Source: a virus
Taxonomy: Duplodnaviria; Caudoviricetes
Strand: one strand, 5' to 3'
Length of the DNA: 64,000 nucleotides
Virus record (IMG/VR): IMGVR_UViG_3300037851_000542
Coordinates: 96,001 to 160,000 of that record
Below, piece by piece: positions 18,731-30,600 of this stretch. The translations under genes were made by a program, and so were the position numbers. The notes under the pieces are model-generated. The model searched no databases and was not told the origin of the DNA. It worked only from the letters and a program-made list of their open reading frames with translations. How positions within the stretch are numbered: position 1 is the first letter of the stretch; every line of letters starts with the position of its first letter.

Positions 18731-19966
18731 CTACCTAATACCTATGTTCTTAGCACCAGATACTGCTAAGCCTACTCTTTTCAGTCTGAGGTCTACCCCA
18801 CCTGACGTAAAAGTAGAGGTGATTGTATTTGTTTGTAAATCTAGCTGTTGTATCACTCCACTAAAAGTGTTTAAATCATATGTTGAAAAGAATAAAGTAC
18901 CGGATGTAAATGTAGAACCTGTAGTCACTTCTATACTAGCTATATCTAATGATGAGCCTGATATAGTTTCTAATTGAAAAGTCTTCACACTGCTTAATGA
19001 TATGTTGCTCCTGTTTTCATCCATTACACTTATTCCGGAATTGGTAGCCATAATTATTAAATAACTACTGCTGGTTGGAATAACTTCTAAATCGTTAATT
19101 GTATTTCCTGATATACTTGGAGTGGAGGTATTATTTATAAAATAATCTGGAGAAGTCCAGTTGCCAGAAGGAGTGTACTTAACGTATAAACCGCTTCCTG
19201 TTGGAGAGTAATAAACATCTCCTTCATTATTTAATTTAAGAGAAGTATTTCCTATCGCTGATCCATACTGAGTATAGCTCCTGATTTGAGTATCGCCTGT
19301 AATGAAATCCACTCCTGAAATAGATCCTAATGCTAAATCATTACTATAATTTTTACTAACTTTGTTTATATTGTTAGAAAGGATATTTGGAACTTGCCTA
19401 AAAGTAACTAGTGAAGATGCTGATATAGCAGCCGGACTTTCTGATGTAAAGTCATATAAATAAATCCCACTATTAGGTACAGATAGATAAACAGTTTGAT
19501 CTCCGCATATCTCCCTACAGACGCCAACATCAAGCAAGCCACCGGAGATTTTTAAATAACTTCTACTGGTTATACTATTACTATCAATAATATCTAATCC
19601 ATTGTCGGTTATTATAAACGCATCACAAGGTGTAGTAATAAGCCCACTCACTGTCCAGGATGTTTTCAACGGTGTATCAAAAAAGTCAATAGATTCAGTA
19701 GGTGTAATATAAGCTTTAGGTTTTACATATAAATCTATATTATCTAAATACCTTTCTAAAGTCCTTGTATAACCTACATAACCAGAAAGACTAGGGTAGT
19801 AAATTATTAAACTGTCTGTGCCGCTTACTGTAGGACAATTCCAAGTACCACTACTTGATGTAATACCTGACGCTAACGCACCGGAAGTTACAGTACCGAG
19901 TATTATAACATTTACTCCAGATACTGGAACATCGTTTAAATAGTTTAATACTTTACCACTAACCAT
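18731..19966 (-). CDS. Ser/Gly-rich structural protein, N-terminal beta-sandwich plus beta-propeller-like region
   Basis: 411 aa, beta-rich; repeated 'vyLs...sGly' blade-like segments; 20 of 36 Gly preceded by Ser. Confidence 0.6.
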   Translation of the reverse strand: MVSGKVLNYLNDVPVSGVNVIILGTVTSGALASGITSSSGTWNCPTVSGTDSLIIYYPSLSGYVGYTRTLERYLDNIDLYVKPKAYITPTESIDFFDTPLKTSWTVSGLITTPCDAFIITDNGLDIIDSNSITSRSYLKISGGLLDVGVCREICGDQTVYLSVPNSGIYLYDFTSESPAAISASSLVTFRQVPNILSNNINKVSKNYSNDLALGSISGVDFITGDTQIRSYTQYGSAIGNTSLKLNNEGDVYYSPTGSGLYVKYTPSGNWTSPDYFINNTSTPSISGNTINDLEVIPTSSSYLIIMATNSGISVMDENRSNISLSSVKTFQLETISGSSLDIASIEVTTGSTFTSGTLFFSTYDLNTFSGVIQQLDLQTNTITSTFTSGGVDLRLKRVGLAVSGAKNIGIR

Positions 19967-21860
19967 TCTTTCTAACGCCTATCCAGTTAATACGCGGTCC
20001 TTTGAAGTCTTCTGCTGATATCATTACAGCTATGCGCTCAGGGGCATTTAATAATGGACTTGATGAGTCTGTGTATGTCATTAGGCTTACAAAATTTGGA
20101 TAAATTGACAACGGGCTATCAAATGTAACACCAGAAATATCTGCATCACCTCGCAGTACTTCAAATTCTACTAAATTACTGTTTGAATTACTTTTCCATC
20201 TAAACTCTAACCAGACTGGATATTCATAAGCTCCAACTGTAACATTTGAACTAGTGACTAAAGTAGATATAGTAGTTGGGAAGGTGTGCTTATAAAGCCT
20301 AGTAACAAGTGTAGTAGATCCAAAAGAGTGTATTGTAAATTTATAACAACTATTATTTGTTATCGACCCTGTTCTATTAATTACAAGTTCAAACTGCTTT
20401 CTGTCTGGTGTGTCTGCACCAGAGCCGAAATTAGATAAATTTCTAAATAATACTCTTACTGCACCGTGTGTTACATTTTCTGAATTTTTAATATAGTATC
20501 TTAATTGCCTAAATTTTGAAGGTCCAGTAATACTGGCTTGACCTAAAAATCCTTTAACAGGAACATTAAAATAGTCTTTAGAAGAATTATTTAAAAAGTT
20601 ATAATGTCGAATTATAGGATTAGAAATGGCACTATCCCAAAGAGGTTGAAATAAGTTTCCTTCTATAGATCCTGATGCAGTATAACTTCCAACATTAGGG
20701 TTTATAATAGCTGCAAAAGTTGTAAAATCAGTATTTAAATCTAAATGAGAGGCGTTTGCTATGTTGCTATTATCATATACAATTTGATTAGAGTGTAATC
20801 CACTTGTTGGTTTAACTTCACTAAACTTTTCAAGACTTATGTTGTCAATTAAAGTAGCGTCACTAGATAGGTTATCATCTACTAATATGAAACTTGGTTT
20901 AAATGAATTATTAAAACTATTCCAATTAGAGGTGCCAGATGGGGTATAAATGGCACTTTGAATAATTTGATACGCTTTATTTTTAAATGTATCTAAAGTA
21001 TCCCCACTTTCATAAGGTTTTGAGTATAAAGTAGTAACAACTACTGGCAGCCCAACGTCAGTATCTCTATATTCCCAATCTAACCCCCACCATCTCAGTG
21101 CTTGGTCCGAGGCAGTGGTGGAATTAGTATATATCAACCTGAGAGAATCGTTAGTAAAAGCATTACTAAATTGTAGAGGTACGCCAGAATAAGCTTGATA
21201 GTAAGGTTGCTTTACAAAGTCTACACTGTGCCTATTAGAGTTATTTCTTTTAATTCTAATTGCATAGGTGTTTAGATCGATGTCTTGTGCAAATGCAAAT
21301 AACAACGCCGATGTATTGTTTGCAGTTAAGGGTACTCTATGAAGCCAAGACGCTCTACCTATTTTAATACCAGAAGCTCCTGCAACATTAGTCTCTACGT
21401 AAAGCCTAGCCTCAGAAGTACCGCTAACTCCTAATGAAAAAGATCCTAGGAGCCCTGGTGTAAGCCTGCCTGATGAACTAATAGAGCCCAGACCAGATAT
21501 GGTAAAGTTATTTAATGAGTCTGCGGTTTCAAAATTAATATTATTTAAAAGTGTTTCCCCAGTAATATTTAAATCAAAACCGGAAGGTGTAGGCAGTTGA
21601 AAGTCCATTGTCAAAAGATCGTTAGTGTTATCTTTTGTGTAATTAAATGCTGTTGAAGTAAAATTATTAGCAGCTGGAATTAACTTTAAATTATTTGAAA
21701 AAGAAAATGCATCATCGCTTATTGAATTTATACTTAACAACCCGCTTGTTATGGTATAAGGTCCTTGAAACAAGTTATTGTTATCTATGTAAACTGTGCC
21801 TGATCCGATAACAGGATACTGTCCACTTAGTGTGCTTGAAAAGTTAAATAATGGTGACAT
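19959..21860 (-). CDS. Hypothetical beta-rich structural protein
   Basis: 633-aa Ser/Thr/Asn-rich ORF coupled to its neighbours; about 15 SG dipeptides. Confidence 0.6.
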   Translation of the reverse strand: MSPLFNFSSTLSGQYPVIGSGTVYIDNNNLFQGPYTITSGLLSINSISDDAFSFSNNLKLIPAANNFTSTAFNYTKDNTNDLLTMDFQLPTPSGFDLNITGETLLNNINFETADSLNNFTISGLGSISSSGRLTPGLLGSFSLGVSGTSEARLYVETNVAGASGIKIGRASWLHRVPLTANNTSALLFAFAQDIDLNTYAIRIKRNNSNRHSVDFVKQPYYQAYSGVPLQFSNAFTNDSLRLIYTNSTTASDQALRWWGLDWEYRDTDVGLPVVVTTLYSKPYESGDTLDTFKNKAYQIIQSAIYTPSGTSNWNSFNNSFKPSFILVDDNLSSDATLIDNISLEKFSEVKPTSGLHSNQIVYDNSNIANASHLDLNTDFTTFAAIINPNVGSYTASGSIEGNLFQPLWDSAISNPIIRHYNFLNNSSKDYFNVPVKGFLGQASITGPSKFRQLRYYIKNSENVTHGAVRVLFRNLSNFGSGADTPDRKQFELVINRTGSITNNSCYKFTIHSFGSTTLVTRLYKHTFPTTISTLVTSSNVTVGAYEYPVWLEFRWKSNSNSNLVEFEVLRGDADISGVTFDSPLSIYPNFVSLMTYTDSSSPLLNAPERIAVMISAEDFKGPRINWIGVRKNG

Positions 21861-24694
21861 TACTGTTTATCTGTTCTCATCCATGTTTTTAAATATATAG
21901 TACTGCTACCTGTCTGATTAGATGGTGGAAAAGTATACCTTAAATATACAGACTTAGTATCTCCTGGTTGGGTGTCTTTTAATACTAAAGTATACGGAAA
22001 TTTAACACCTTGGATTATAGCCTGATCTTGTCCAGTACCGTCTGATTTTAAAGTAAATTTAAACTGAGTAAAATCTGTCTTTGGTAATACTATACCATTT
22101 AAAGTATTTATATTCCAAGGAGTACCTGGCACTCCATAGAAAGTATCATCCCTAAATATAGGTGTATAATTAACAACACTGGATGGTATATTTCCAGCCC
22201 TGCTTATAGATAAAGCTTTGTATTTCTCATTTGCTGATACTGTCTGACAAGCGCTAAAAATTTCATAAGTATGGTTTGGTGCCAGTTTTTGAATCTGTAT
22301 GGCTGGAATAACCCCACTTAATATCAACACGCTATTTAAATATAGTCTATACGTTGCGTTAGCCCAATCTATAATTAAACTTACTGGATAGAAATTACCA
22401 GTAGTTAATGAAACTGTGGCACTGCTACTTACAGAACCGTTAAAAAACTTAATAGCCTTTAAAACGCCTCCGGAATCGGTAGAAGCTCCAAACTCAATAT
22501 AAACAGAGTCGTTATCCGTCCTAACCAGAGAGTCTCCATTCCTCTTAGGAGCGTCACCGGATACAAGAGAATCTACGTAAGGGGCTATGTAAAACCTAGA
22601 ATAGTGAGTTGAGTTTAATTGACGGTTGGATGCAGGATTATAAAAGAAATTATACTGCATTACCCCTTGAGTAGAAAATGGAAATTGAAAAGTAGATACA
22701 GCAGAATTAAATGTATTCCCTACATTCTGATGTGATAAAATTAAGGAATTACCACTGACTGAAATACTACTTCCTCCTGTTGTTAAGTTCAAAAACTCTG
22801 TAGTACTTAACGGTACGTTAAAAAGCTGTAAACTGTTTTGACCAGTTGGTTTTGTAGTAAAGCCTCTGACCTCAATGGTTTCTACCCCCAAACTATTAAC
22901 AGCATCTAATACAACCCCATCTTGCTTATCATATTGTATGTAAGGCTGCACAAATAAATTATTATCATCACTTGAGAGTTTGATTGGAGGAGAAGTCCAA
23001 GTACCACTTGTTACACCTAAACCGTTAAAAGTAATTTCATCTACTACTTTTAATATACCTGTTCTTACGCTTATGTTCTCATCAAAGTCTACAGCCAAAA
23101 CTGCCCCATTTTTGCAGACTCCTGCTGCCCCGCATCTCCAAAATGTGCCTAAACTCGGCACAGTAGCAATTGCTTCAGCATCTGTAATAATAGTGTACGA
23201 CGACCAACTTAAATTTGTAACATCGAACTTATAACCAGTATAATTTTCGTTTGGAGACGTACCTGCTGTGTGCAGTATAACCTGATTATGATCAGGGTCT
23301 GATGACAGTCCTCTAATACTAGCTGCATTTGAATTAAAAGCAGTGGCTAAGAATGTCCATAAATTGTTTGTAGGTTCATACTTTAAAAAAAATGGTTGTC
23401 CTGAACCGTCCCTTGTACTTACATATATAGTATTGTCATGACTTATCATTTGAGTTGCTGTTGAATCTGGTGCAATAGGACAGTTTGCTAATTGCGTAAT
23501 AACTGAAGTTATAATGTTTATTTTCCATAATTGGTTAAAGGGCGCTACATTGTAAGTAGTAGATCCTCCCAAAATGTAAAGATCGTTGTTAATTATAGCT
23601 ACTTGCCTAACAGTAGAATTAAAAAAGCCGGAAGTAGTAGCAAATGTAGAAAAACTATTTGCAGAGATTGAATATTTATAAACTAATTGCGTATTTTTTC
23701 CATTTAAAAAATAAATACTATCGTTTTTATCATAAGCTAAGCTGCTTCCATCTCTTTCTCCAGTTAAGACTGTATAAGGTGGTAATCCTGATACTCTTCT
23801 TGTATTAAATATTGGATCAAAAATCTGAATTGATTGATCTAAAAAATTGGCAGTAGCTAATTTTTGAATACCATCTATATCAGTAATTTCTACAATTTGC
23901 TTATTAGTATATGTGTAGTTGTCATTAAAAGAACCACTACTGTAACTTTTTAAACTACCAAGCCCTAATGTACTAAAGTCTACTGGATTATTAAACCATA
24001 GTGCGTTATCCTTTATTTTAAGATTCTTTAAATCTCCTAGTTCCCAAGGGATACTTTCTGGAACACTAATTAAATCATTAAACTGATAAAAAGTACCAGT
24101 AGGTGTAAGACTCAACTCTAGATTTTCTAATACTTCAAATTCTGTATCTGGATCTATGCACACAAAAATATCAGCTATTAAATTTCCACTGTTTGTTATA
24201 GGTATTTCTATAATCTCACTGGTAGAGGTTAATACATCTCCAACTAGAGTTAAATTATCTAAATTGCCGTTTGCTCCAAATCGGATCTCATCGTCAGTAT
24301 TAATAACATTGATTTGATTTACTTGTCCCGAAAACCCTAGGAAACTGTCTATTATTTGAATAAATCTAGGTTCGGTGTACCCTGACTGGGTAGGGCTTAC
24401 TACAACAAAACCCCCTGATACTGAAGGGGCTGCAGAATACATTGAATTTAATGTTCTACCATATTTTATTTGAACCCCTGTAGCAGTTAGTGGTGTATTT
24501 TTATACTGAATTTGATAAATACTAGATTGAGTGCCTAGATCTATGTCTACTCCAACCCTTTGATTAATTACAGGGATTACAGCGTCTGTCAGACTTAATA
24601 TATTGGAAATATCATTAGGTGTGAAGAAATACTGACTTCCAGTTAAAGTAGTATTATAAATTATAGAGCTATCTAGAAGATCAAATTTAGTCAT
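21860..24694 (-). CDS. Large structural protein with Kelch-like beta-propeller and lectin-like region
   Basis: Kelch-like blades IYFLNGKNTQLVYKY, LYILGGST..QLWKINI and FLKYEPTNNLWTFLA. Confidence 0.65.
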   Translation of the reverse strand: MTKFDLLDSSIIYNTTLTGSQYFFTPNDISNILSLTDAVIPVINQRVGVDIDLGTQSSIYQIQYKNTPLTATGVQIKYGRTLNSMYSAAPSVSGGFVVVSPTQSGYTEPRFIQIIDSFLGFSGQVNQINVINTDDEIRFGANGNLDNLTLVGDVLTSTSEIIEIPITNSGNLIADIFVCIDPDTEFEVLENLELSLTPTGTFYQFNDLISVPESIPWELGDLKNLKIKDNALWFNNPVDFSTLGLGSLKSYSSGSFNDNYTYTNKQIVEITDIDGIQKLATANFLDQSIQIFDPIFNTRRVSGLPPYTVLTGERDGSSLAYDKNDSIYFLNGKNTQLVYKYSISANSFSTFATTSGFFNSTVRQVAIINNDLYILGGSTTYNVAPFNQLWKINIITSVITQLANCPIAPDSTATQMISHDNTIYVSTRDGSGQPFFLKYEPTNNLWTFLATAFNSNAASIRGLSSDPDHNQVILHTAGTSPNENYTGYKFDVTNLSWSSYTIITDAEAIATVPSLGTFWRCGAAGVCKNGAVLAVDFDENISVRTGILKVVDEITFNGLGVTSGTWTSPPIKLSSDDNNLFVQPYIQYDKQDGVVLDAVNSLGVETIEVRGFTTKPTGQNSLQLFNVPLSTTEFLNLTTGGSSISVSGNSLILSHQNVGNTFNSAVSTFQFPFSTQGVMQYNFFYNPASNRQLNSTHYSRFYIAPYVDSLVSGDAPKRNGDSLVRTDNDSVYIEFGASTDSGGVLKAIKFFNGSVSSSATVSLTTGNFYPVSLIIDWANATYRLYLNSVLILSGVIPAIQIQKLAPNHTYEIFSACQTVSANEKYKALSISRAGNIPSSVVNYTPIFRDDTFYGVPGTPWNINTLNGIVLPKTDFTQFKFTLKSDGTGQDQAIIQGVKFPYTLVLKDTQPGDTKSVYLRYTFPPSNQTGSSTIYLKTWMRTDKQ

Positions 24695-27600
24695 TATTTA
24701 AGCGTCCACCTAGTGGTTAAAAATAGCTCTCTTAATAAATTTTCACGATTTATAGGGAAATTTATTTTTATATATACAGTAACTTTTTCTCCCTGCTCTA
24801 TACCATAAAATTTAAATGGGATATTTAAATCATCTATATTATAAAACGTTACATTGTCTATTGATAATAATACATTATCTCTTATATGTCTAATTTTATT
24901 AAAATCTATCTTTTTAGGTATACTGGAATATAGTATATTCTCTATTCCACCAGTAAGGCTTTTAACCTCAGCGGAAAGGTATGTAGCAGTTATACCATTA
25001 TAGAAATCAGATGAGGAGAAGGACACACTGGAAAGAGGGGATATACCTCCTATAATAAGATTGCTATTTTTACTGTTTTCACTAAACCAAGGTTGATTAA
25101 AGTCCATAATAAACTCATCGTCTATATAAAAAATAACATTAGCTGAGTTTTTTATGTCGTTTATATTTCCATCAGCAGACCAAGACACTGCTAATTTAAA
25201 TGGTGTAAATGGTTTAATTTTATTTATATACCCTATATTATAGTTGTATTTTAAATCGGCGTTATTGGTAAACACAAATTTAAATCCAAAGCGAGAATGA
25301 TAAAATAGATTTAAAGATTCATTTAAATTATTAGCTATTGTAAATATTGTAAAGGCTTCTTCCTGTTTATATGTAGTCCTGCCCAGTTTATTCCAATCGG
25401 GTGTTACTATAGCTTCAAAGTAACCTTGATTTAAATTAACATTAGTTATTGGAAAAAATAACAGCTCAGAGTTATTTAAATACAAAGTTTTATTAAATTT
25501 ACTCTGAATGTTAAAGTCTTCTCTTACAATATTAAAGTTATCTATCCATACATTTATAGGGGCTGGTGTTGTAGACACAGGTTTTAATGCTATTTCAAAA
25601 TACTCTATAGGTCCTGTTTTAAAGTCGGTTGTGGTTTCTAAATCTATTACTGATGGTGTACTTAAATTTAAGTCTCCAAAAGATTGTTCGTCCGCTAATC
25701 TAAATTTTAACTTAACTAACTCAAAGCTATTTGTATTAATTCCACTAACTGAAGATAATGACCACTTATAGAATTCTTCTGAATTTTTACCTAATTTTAT
25801 ATAGGAGTTTGACCAGTCCATTAAATCGGAATCAGCTCTAATATAAAAAGACAGGTAATCCTGAAATGACCATAAAGGGTCATTGCTTATAGGAAAGGTA
25901 CCATAGCAACTAGCAATACCACTATTTAAGGTAGGGTAAGTTAATTTTAAAGACCTTCTTCCACCAACCCTATTAGCATAATCTGAGGATAAGGTTAATT
26001 TAGGAATAGCTTCGTCCGGTGCTTTAAATATTTTAAAGTTATTTAAAGTTATGCTGCTATTATCTGGATCTTGAGACTGTGACTCTGTTATTAATAGTCT
26101 TGCTCCTGACACTACTATAGGTTCTGTGAAGTAGTGAATATAGGGCAAAGAGTTATTAAAAAAGAATTCATTGTCAGTGCCTCCAGACGTTACCAGATCT
26201 GTTTCTGTAAAAAAATCAAGCCACGAAGTATTAGAGTTTGGGTCTTGTCCTGTAAGTGTTTGAAACTTTATAGTGTTAGGTAAGGACTCACTGCTCCCCT
26301 CTACCTGAAACTGGAAACCAATGATACTGACAGGATCATAGTTTATAGTTGTTGTAGAGGACGTAGTGATTAAATCGTACGGTACTCCATTTTCATTCTC
26401 AAATGTTTGAGATCCTGAGCTTACTATGCCACTCGGCGTTCCAAATACTCTCCATAGAAAACCAGTTGAGCCTGACATAGTAGTGTAGGTATTTTCCTCA
26501 CCATCAAACACCGCTAAAGGTGAACTGATCTCTTGTAAGACACTATCTGCGCCTGAAGTAGTACTGTAAAGTATTCCATTATAGTTTCGGTCTATGTCTT
26601 TTATAATTGCTATGTCTATTAGCTCAGGTGCGCCTGACACATTAAACCATTCTGGAAATTCTGTAAAATCTACCCTATCCGTATAAGTATAAAATCCGTC
26701 ACTACGCAAATCTAAGGTACTTGCTATAAACTGAGAAGCTTCATACTTAGGACTGTTTATAATACCCCCACTAACAGTAAAGTTTTCATTTTTAAAAGCG
26801 AACCATTTAGCCGTACTTATAACTTTAGAATCTTTATTGTAGTCTGACCATTGTCCCCACTCTATAAGGTTAGGATCTTCTTGCCAAGAATTTACTAGTA
26901 TATACTCTGAAGAGCCTCCCCATCCGGTAAAAGCATTAGAGCCTTTTTTAAATTCTACATTATTCTTATCAACTAGTTTATAGTCCCCTATGCTGAAAGA
27001 CTCTGCTAATCTTATAGATATTATAGGGTATTCTGTTTGTGTAATATAAGTATTTAAATTGTTATCTGACAGTATGTTGCCTAAATCTTTCCAAATTAAT
27101 GGGTTTTTATAAGGTAATGATATATCTGGGTATATTCGCAAAGCCTCTAAATATTTGATGCCTGTAGTGGTAGTAGGAGTCTCTTCAAATAAAACCCATC
27201 TAACTTTGTTTATTGTTGTGTTGCCCCAAGTAACCTGAGACACATCTGGTGTATCAGAATCAGAGAACTGTACTCTATTTTTGTCCCAAAGAAGTTTATT
27301 AGTATTACTATAAATATTTAAAATATCTAAAGAAGTCGTATTTTCAAGATCAATTGCAGCTACGGTAGTTTGTTGAGTAGGATACACAGATGAGTTTGTT
27401 ATATTAGTCTCACCATTGTTTCCAGTAAGATTAAAAGAGGGTTGAAAGTTTATAACTCTACTAGTTTCATAACTACTACTGCCCCCAAAAAAGAAATGCT
27501 TTATGTTAACGTTTGTAGCGGTACTGCTAGCAGTTCCATCCTTACTCCAAACATTTCCAACTACAATCTTTAATTGTCCAATTAAACTTAATGAGTTTAA

Positions 27601-30600
27601 ATCAATTTCATAAAATTCATTTCCTGCCCATTCTAGTTCGCCTTGTTTAGCTCCGTTGACAGCATCAGCATATGAAAACCTTAAAACATCAACACCACTT
27701 AGAGGATTAAATATTCTTTCTAAGTTTAAAGTATAGTCAGTTAAATTAGAACTAATTCCATCTTTAGTAATACCGTTTGGACAGTAAGTAGGACCGGATA
27801 AGCAGAACATTAACTCATTGTCTATTTCACCAGACAAACTATCTATAATCCTATAATGGTGCCAATTTCTGGTTATTGAGGCTGCAGACCAATAAGCCCT
27901 ATCGCTAATTATATAAATCATTCTTCCTGTAGAATCTGTAATGCCAACAAAAGACCCTATAGACCCTGAATCACTTCCAACATTGTAGTTGGCAATAATC
28001 CTTGCATTAAAACTTCCTGTTATGTGCCAATTAGACCTTAAAATTGCAAAAATAGGATTAGTAGGTGAGCCTGTCGGTCCTGGATCTGGTTCCAGTTTAA
28101 ATCCTGGTGCTGTACGCTTTATTCCTAACTGAGGATAGTTAGTGCCCAGTACCGTCCACTTTGATCCGTCTATAAAATTGTAAATAAAAGAATCAGATTC
28201 TGTTAGATATTCGTAGGCTTTGTATATTTTCTTATTTGCTGCTAAATTTATTAGTCCAAAAGTTTTAGCATTTATAGCCACATTGTCAGAAACATAAAGT
28301 GACTTATCTGAGTCCTTATACAGTATACCTGGTGGTCCTATTTCTGGAACTAATATGTCGTTTAAAGTATTAGCAGAAGTTTTTAACAAGATTGAGTCTG
28401 TTCTAAGATCTTTTCCTATGTTTATCTCTAAATCAGACGTATTACAAGTATTATTAACTATGTCTACTTCATATGTTTCAGAAAAGCCACTTATAATAGG
28501 CTCAATGTCTAACACATCTACGCACAGATTATCATTTTTATATAAAATTAAATCATCCAGTGGGGAAGCATATATGGAGCTAAGTTCCAGTGTGCTACTT
28601 GGAAAAGTCCTTAATCTTATATACTTAATAGGCTTATGTATTAAAAAGGAAACCGTATTATCTTCTAATACCTCATAAGGTGCTTTAAAAAATAACTGAT
28701 CTTCACCTGCTACAAAAAGCTCTAATACATCTTCTAAGTTTATATCTACTAACGTTTCTGCAAATAACTCTATCTCACTTATCTTTGTAGACTTGTGAGC
28801 TATACATCCAAAATTAAAAGCCGTTGTTTCAACTGGTGTAAATTCTTTTTCAAGTACATTATACGGAAATCTTCTATAGAACTCATAAGCAATGACCGCA
28901 TCTAGATCTTGATTGTTTAAAAAACCATCATAGGTTTTAAAAAAATGTCTATATAAAGCCTCGTTAGTATTTAAATTTTCTTTTAGTAATGTAGTTTTAT
29001 CTAGACTTACCTTAGTGTATTCTATTTTATCACCTAGTCCTATTATGTGAAACAAGTTGGAACTGCCATCCCCATTAAGTAAATTTGAGTCTAGATACTC
29101 AAAATAATAACCTTCACTGTGTGGAAACTCTTTAAAATAAATCTTAACTTTGGATATAGTTACTGGACTGTTCCAGTTAAAATTAAGTGAATAGGGATCG
29201 TCTTCAAATTCAGAAAGCTCTATATGCAAGATGTTAGAAGCAAACTCCTCTGTATCTACCCACTCACCGTCTCCGCTAATATAAAAATAAGTCGAGCTAT
29301 TAGAGTTTTGTTCAAAGCTACCTACTACCCCATTTGATGCATACTTATTACCGTCATAAATAGCATTTAAATTGTATCCAACATTATTATGCGTAAGTGT
29401 GAGGATATCCCCAGTGCTTGTATTTTCTACTCTGTGTTTATGCGTGCCAGAAACAGAAGCGCTAACATTCAGTCCGTTTCCTGCGGATGTTAAAAGATTA
29501 TAAGTTCTATTTTCAGATCTGTGTCTACCTTTTATTTCTATATTTTCTATGGCTGATTCTACTGGAAGTTCTAGGTCTATTACTGCTACATTTTGTATTT
29601 TACTGGATCTACCGTATAGACCAATACCAAAAATATTATTACCTTTCGGTATATTTAAAGAGTTAATAGTATCAGTTACTTCTCCTTGAACTTCCAAATA
29701 TGTGGCTTCTAAAAGGTATATATCATTAGCCCCTCCATATAGGGTACTAGGGTTATAGATACCTATCATATCACCTTTATTAAGGTACCAGTTAACTTCT
29801 AATCTATAGGTATCTGGTGAGGTTGTATACAAAACCCCGTTTTCTTGGACGCCTATTATCTGCTCATTAAGTAAAGTTAAATTACCACTAATGTTAGGTC
29901 TAAAGTGTTTTAATTTAGCTGTATTAGAGATAGAGTACTCTAAGTTACTAGCAAAAAATAAATTAACACTATCGTCTAAAAATATATCGTTTCCTACAAC
30001 CCTGTCAATTACATAAGTACCATTACTAACATAACCAGATGTGTTAATAATTAATAAATCACCCTTTACTATATTAACGCTAGTTATATCGGAGTTTGTA
30101 AGTGAAAATATGTTTGTATGTGCAAAGCCGTCCGATCCTTCTAGTTTCACTCCAATGGAGTTTGGAAGGACTCCGTGAAAATAAACTTCATCAATGAAAC
30201 CTTCACTGGTAGCTCTATTTAAAAAATCTACAAATGTTTTTCCAGACCCGTCTATCTCTACTCTTCTGCTTAGTGTTTCAGCAGAGGGGGACCCGATTTC
30301 TACGGAAGGTACTTGTGGACTTTGAATAAAATATGCATTTTTATCTTCTGAGGTTTTTTCTTTTTTTAAGTTTTCCAGTAAGTACGCTTTTTCCCTAAAG
30401 CTATTATTAAAATTAAATCCAGCAGCGTGAGGTCTTCCAACTTCGGCTACATAATTAGAAAAACCTAATTGATTACTCAATTGGGTAGGTTGTAATACTA
30501 CTGAACTTGTAGAACCATAAGTACCTGATTTTATTGTAAAAGTTCCATCTTTTAATATAACTTCTGCATTAACATAACCACCAAGATCGATACTAGATAT

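Noticed and set aside
18731-19966. N-x-S/T sequon enrichment (archaeal-type N-glycosylation)
   Set aside because: About 7 sequons in 411 aa is roughly what the high N, S and T content predicts; only SG stands out.
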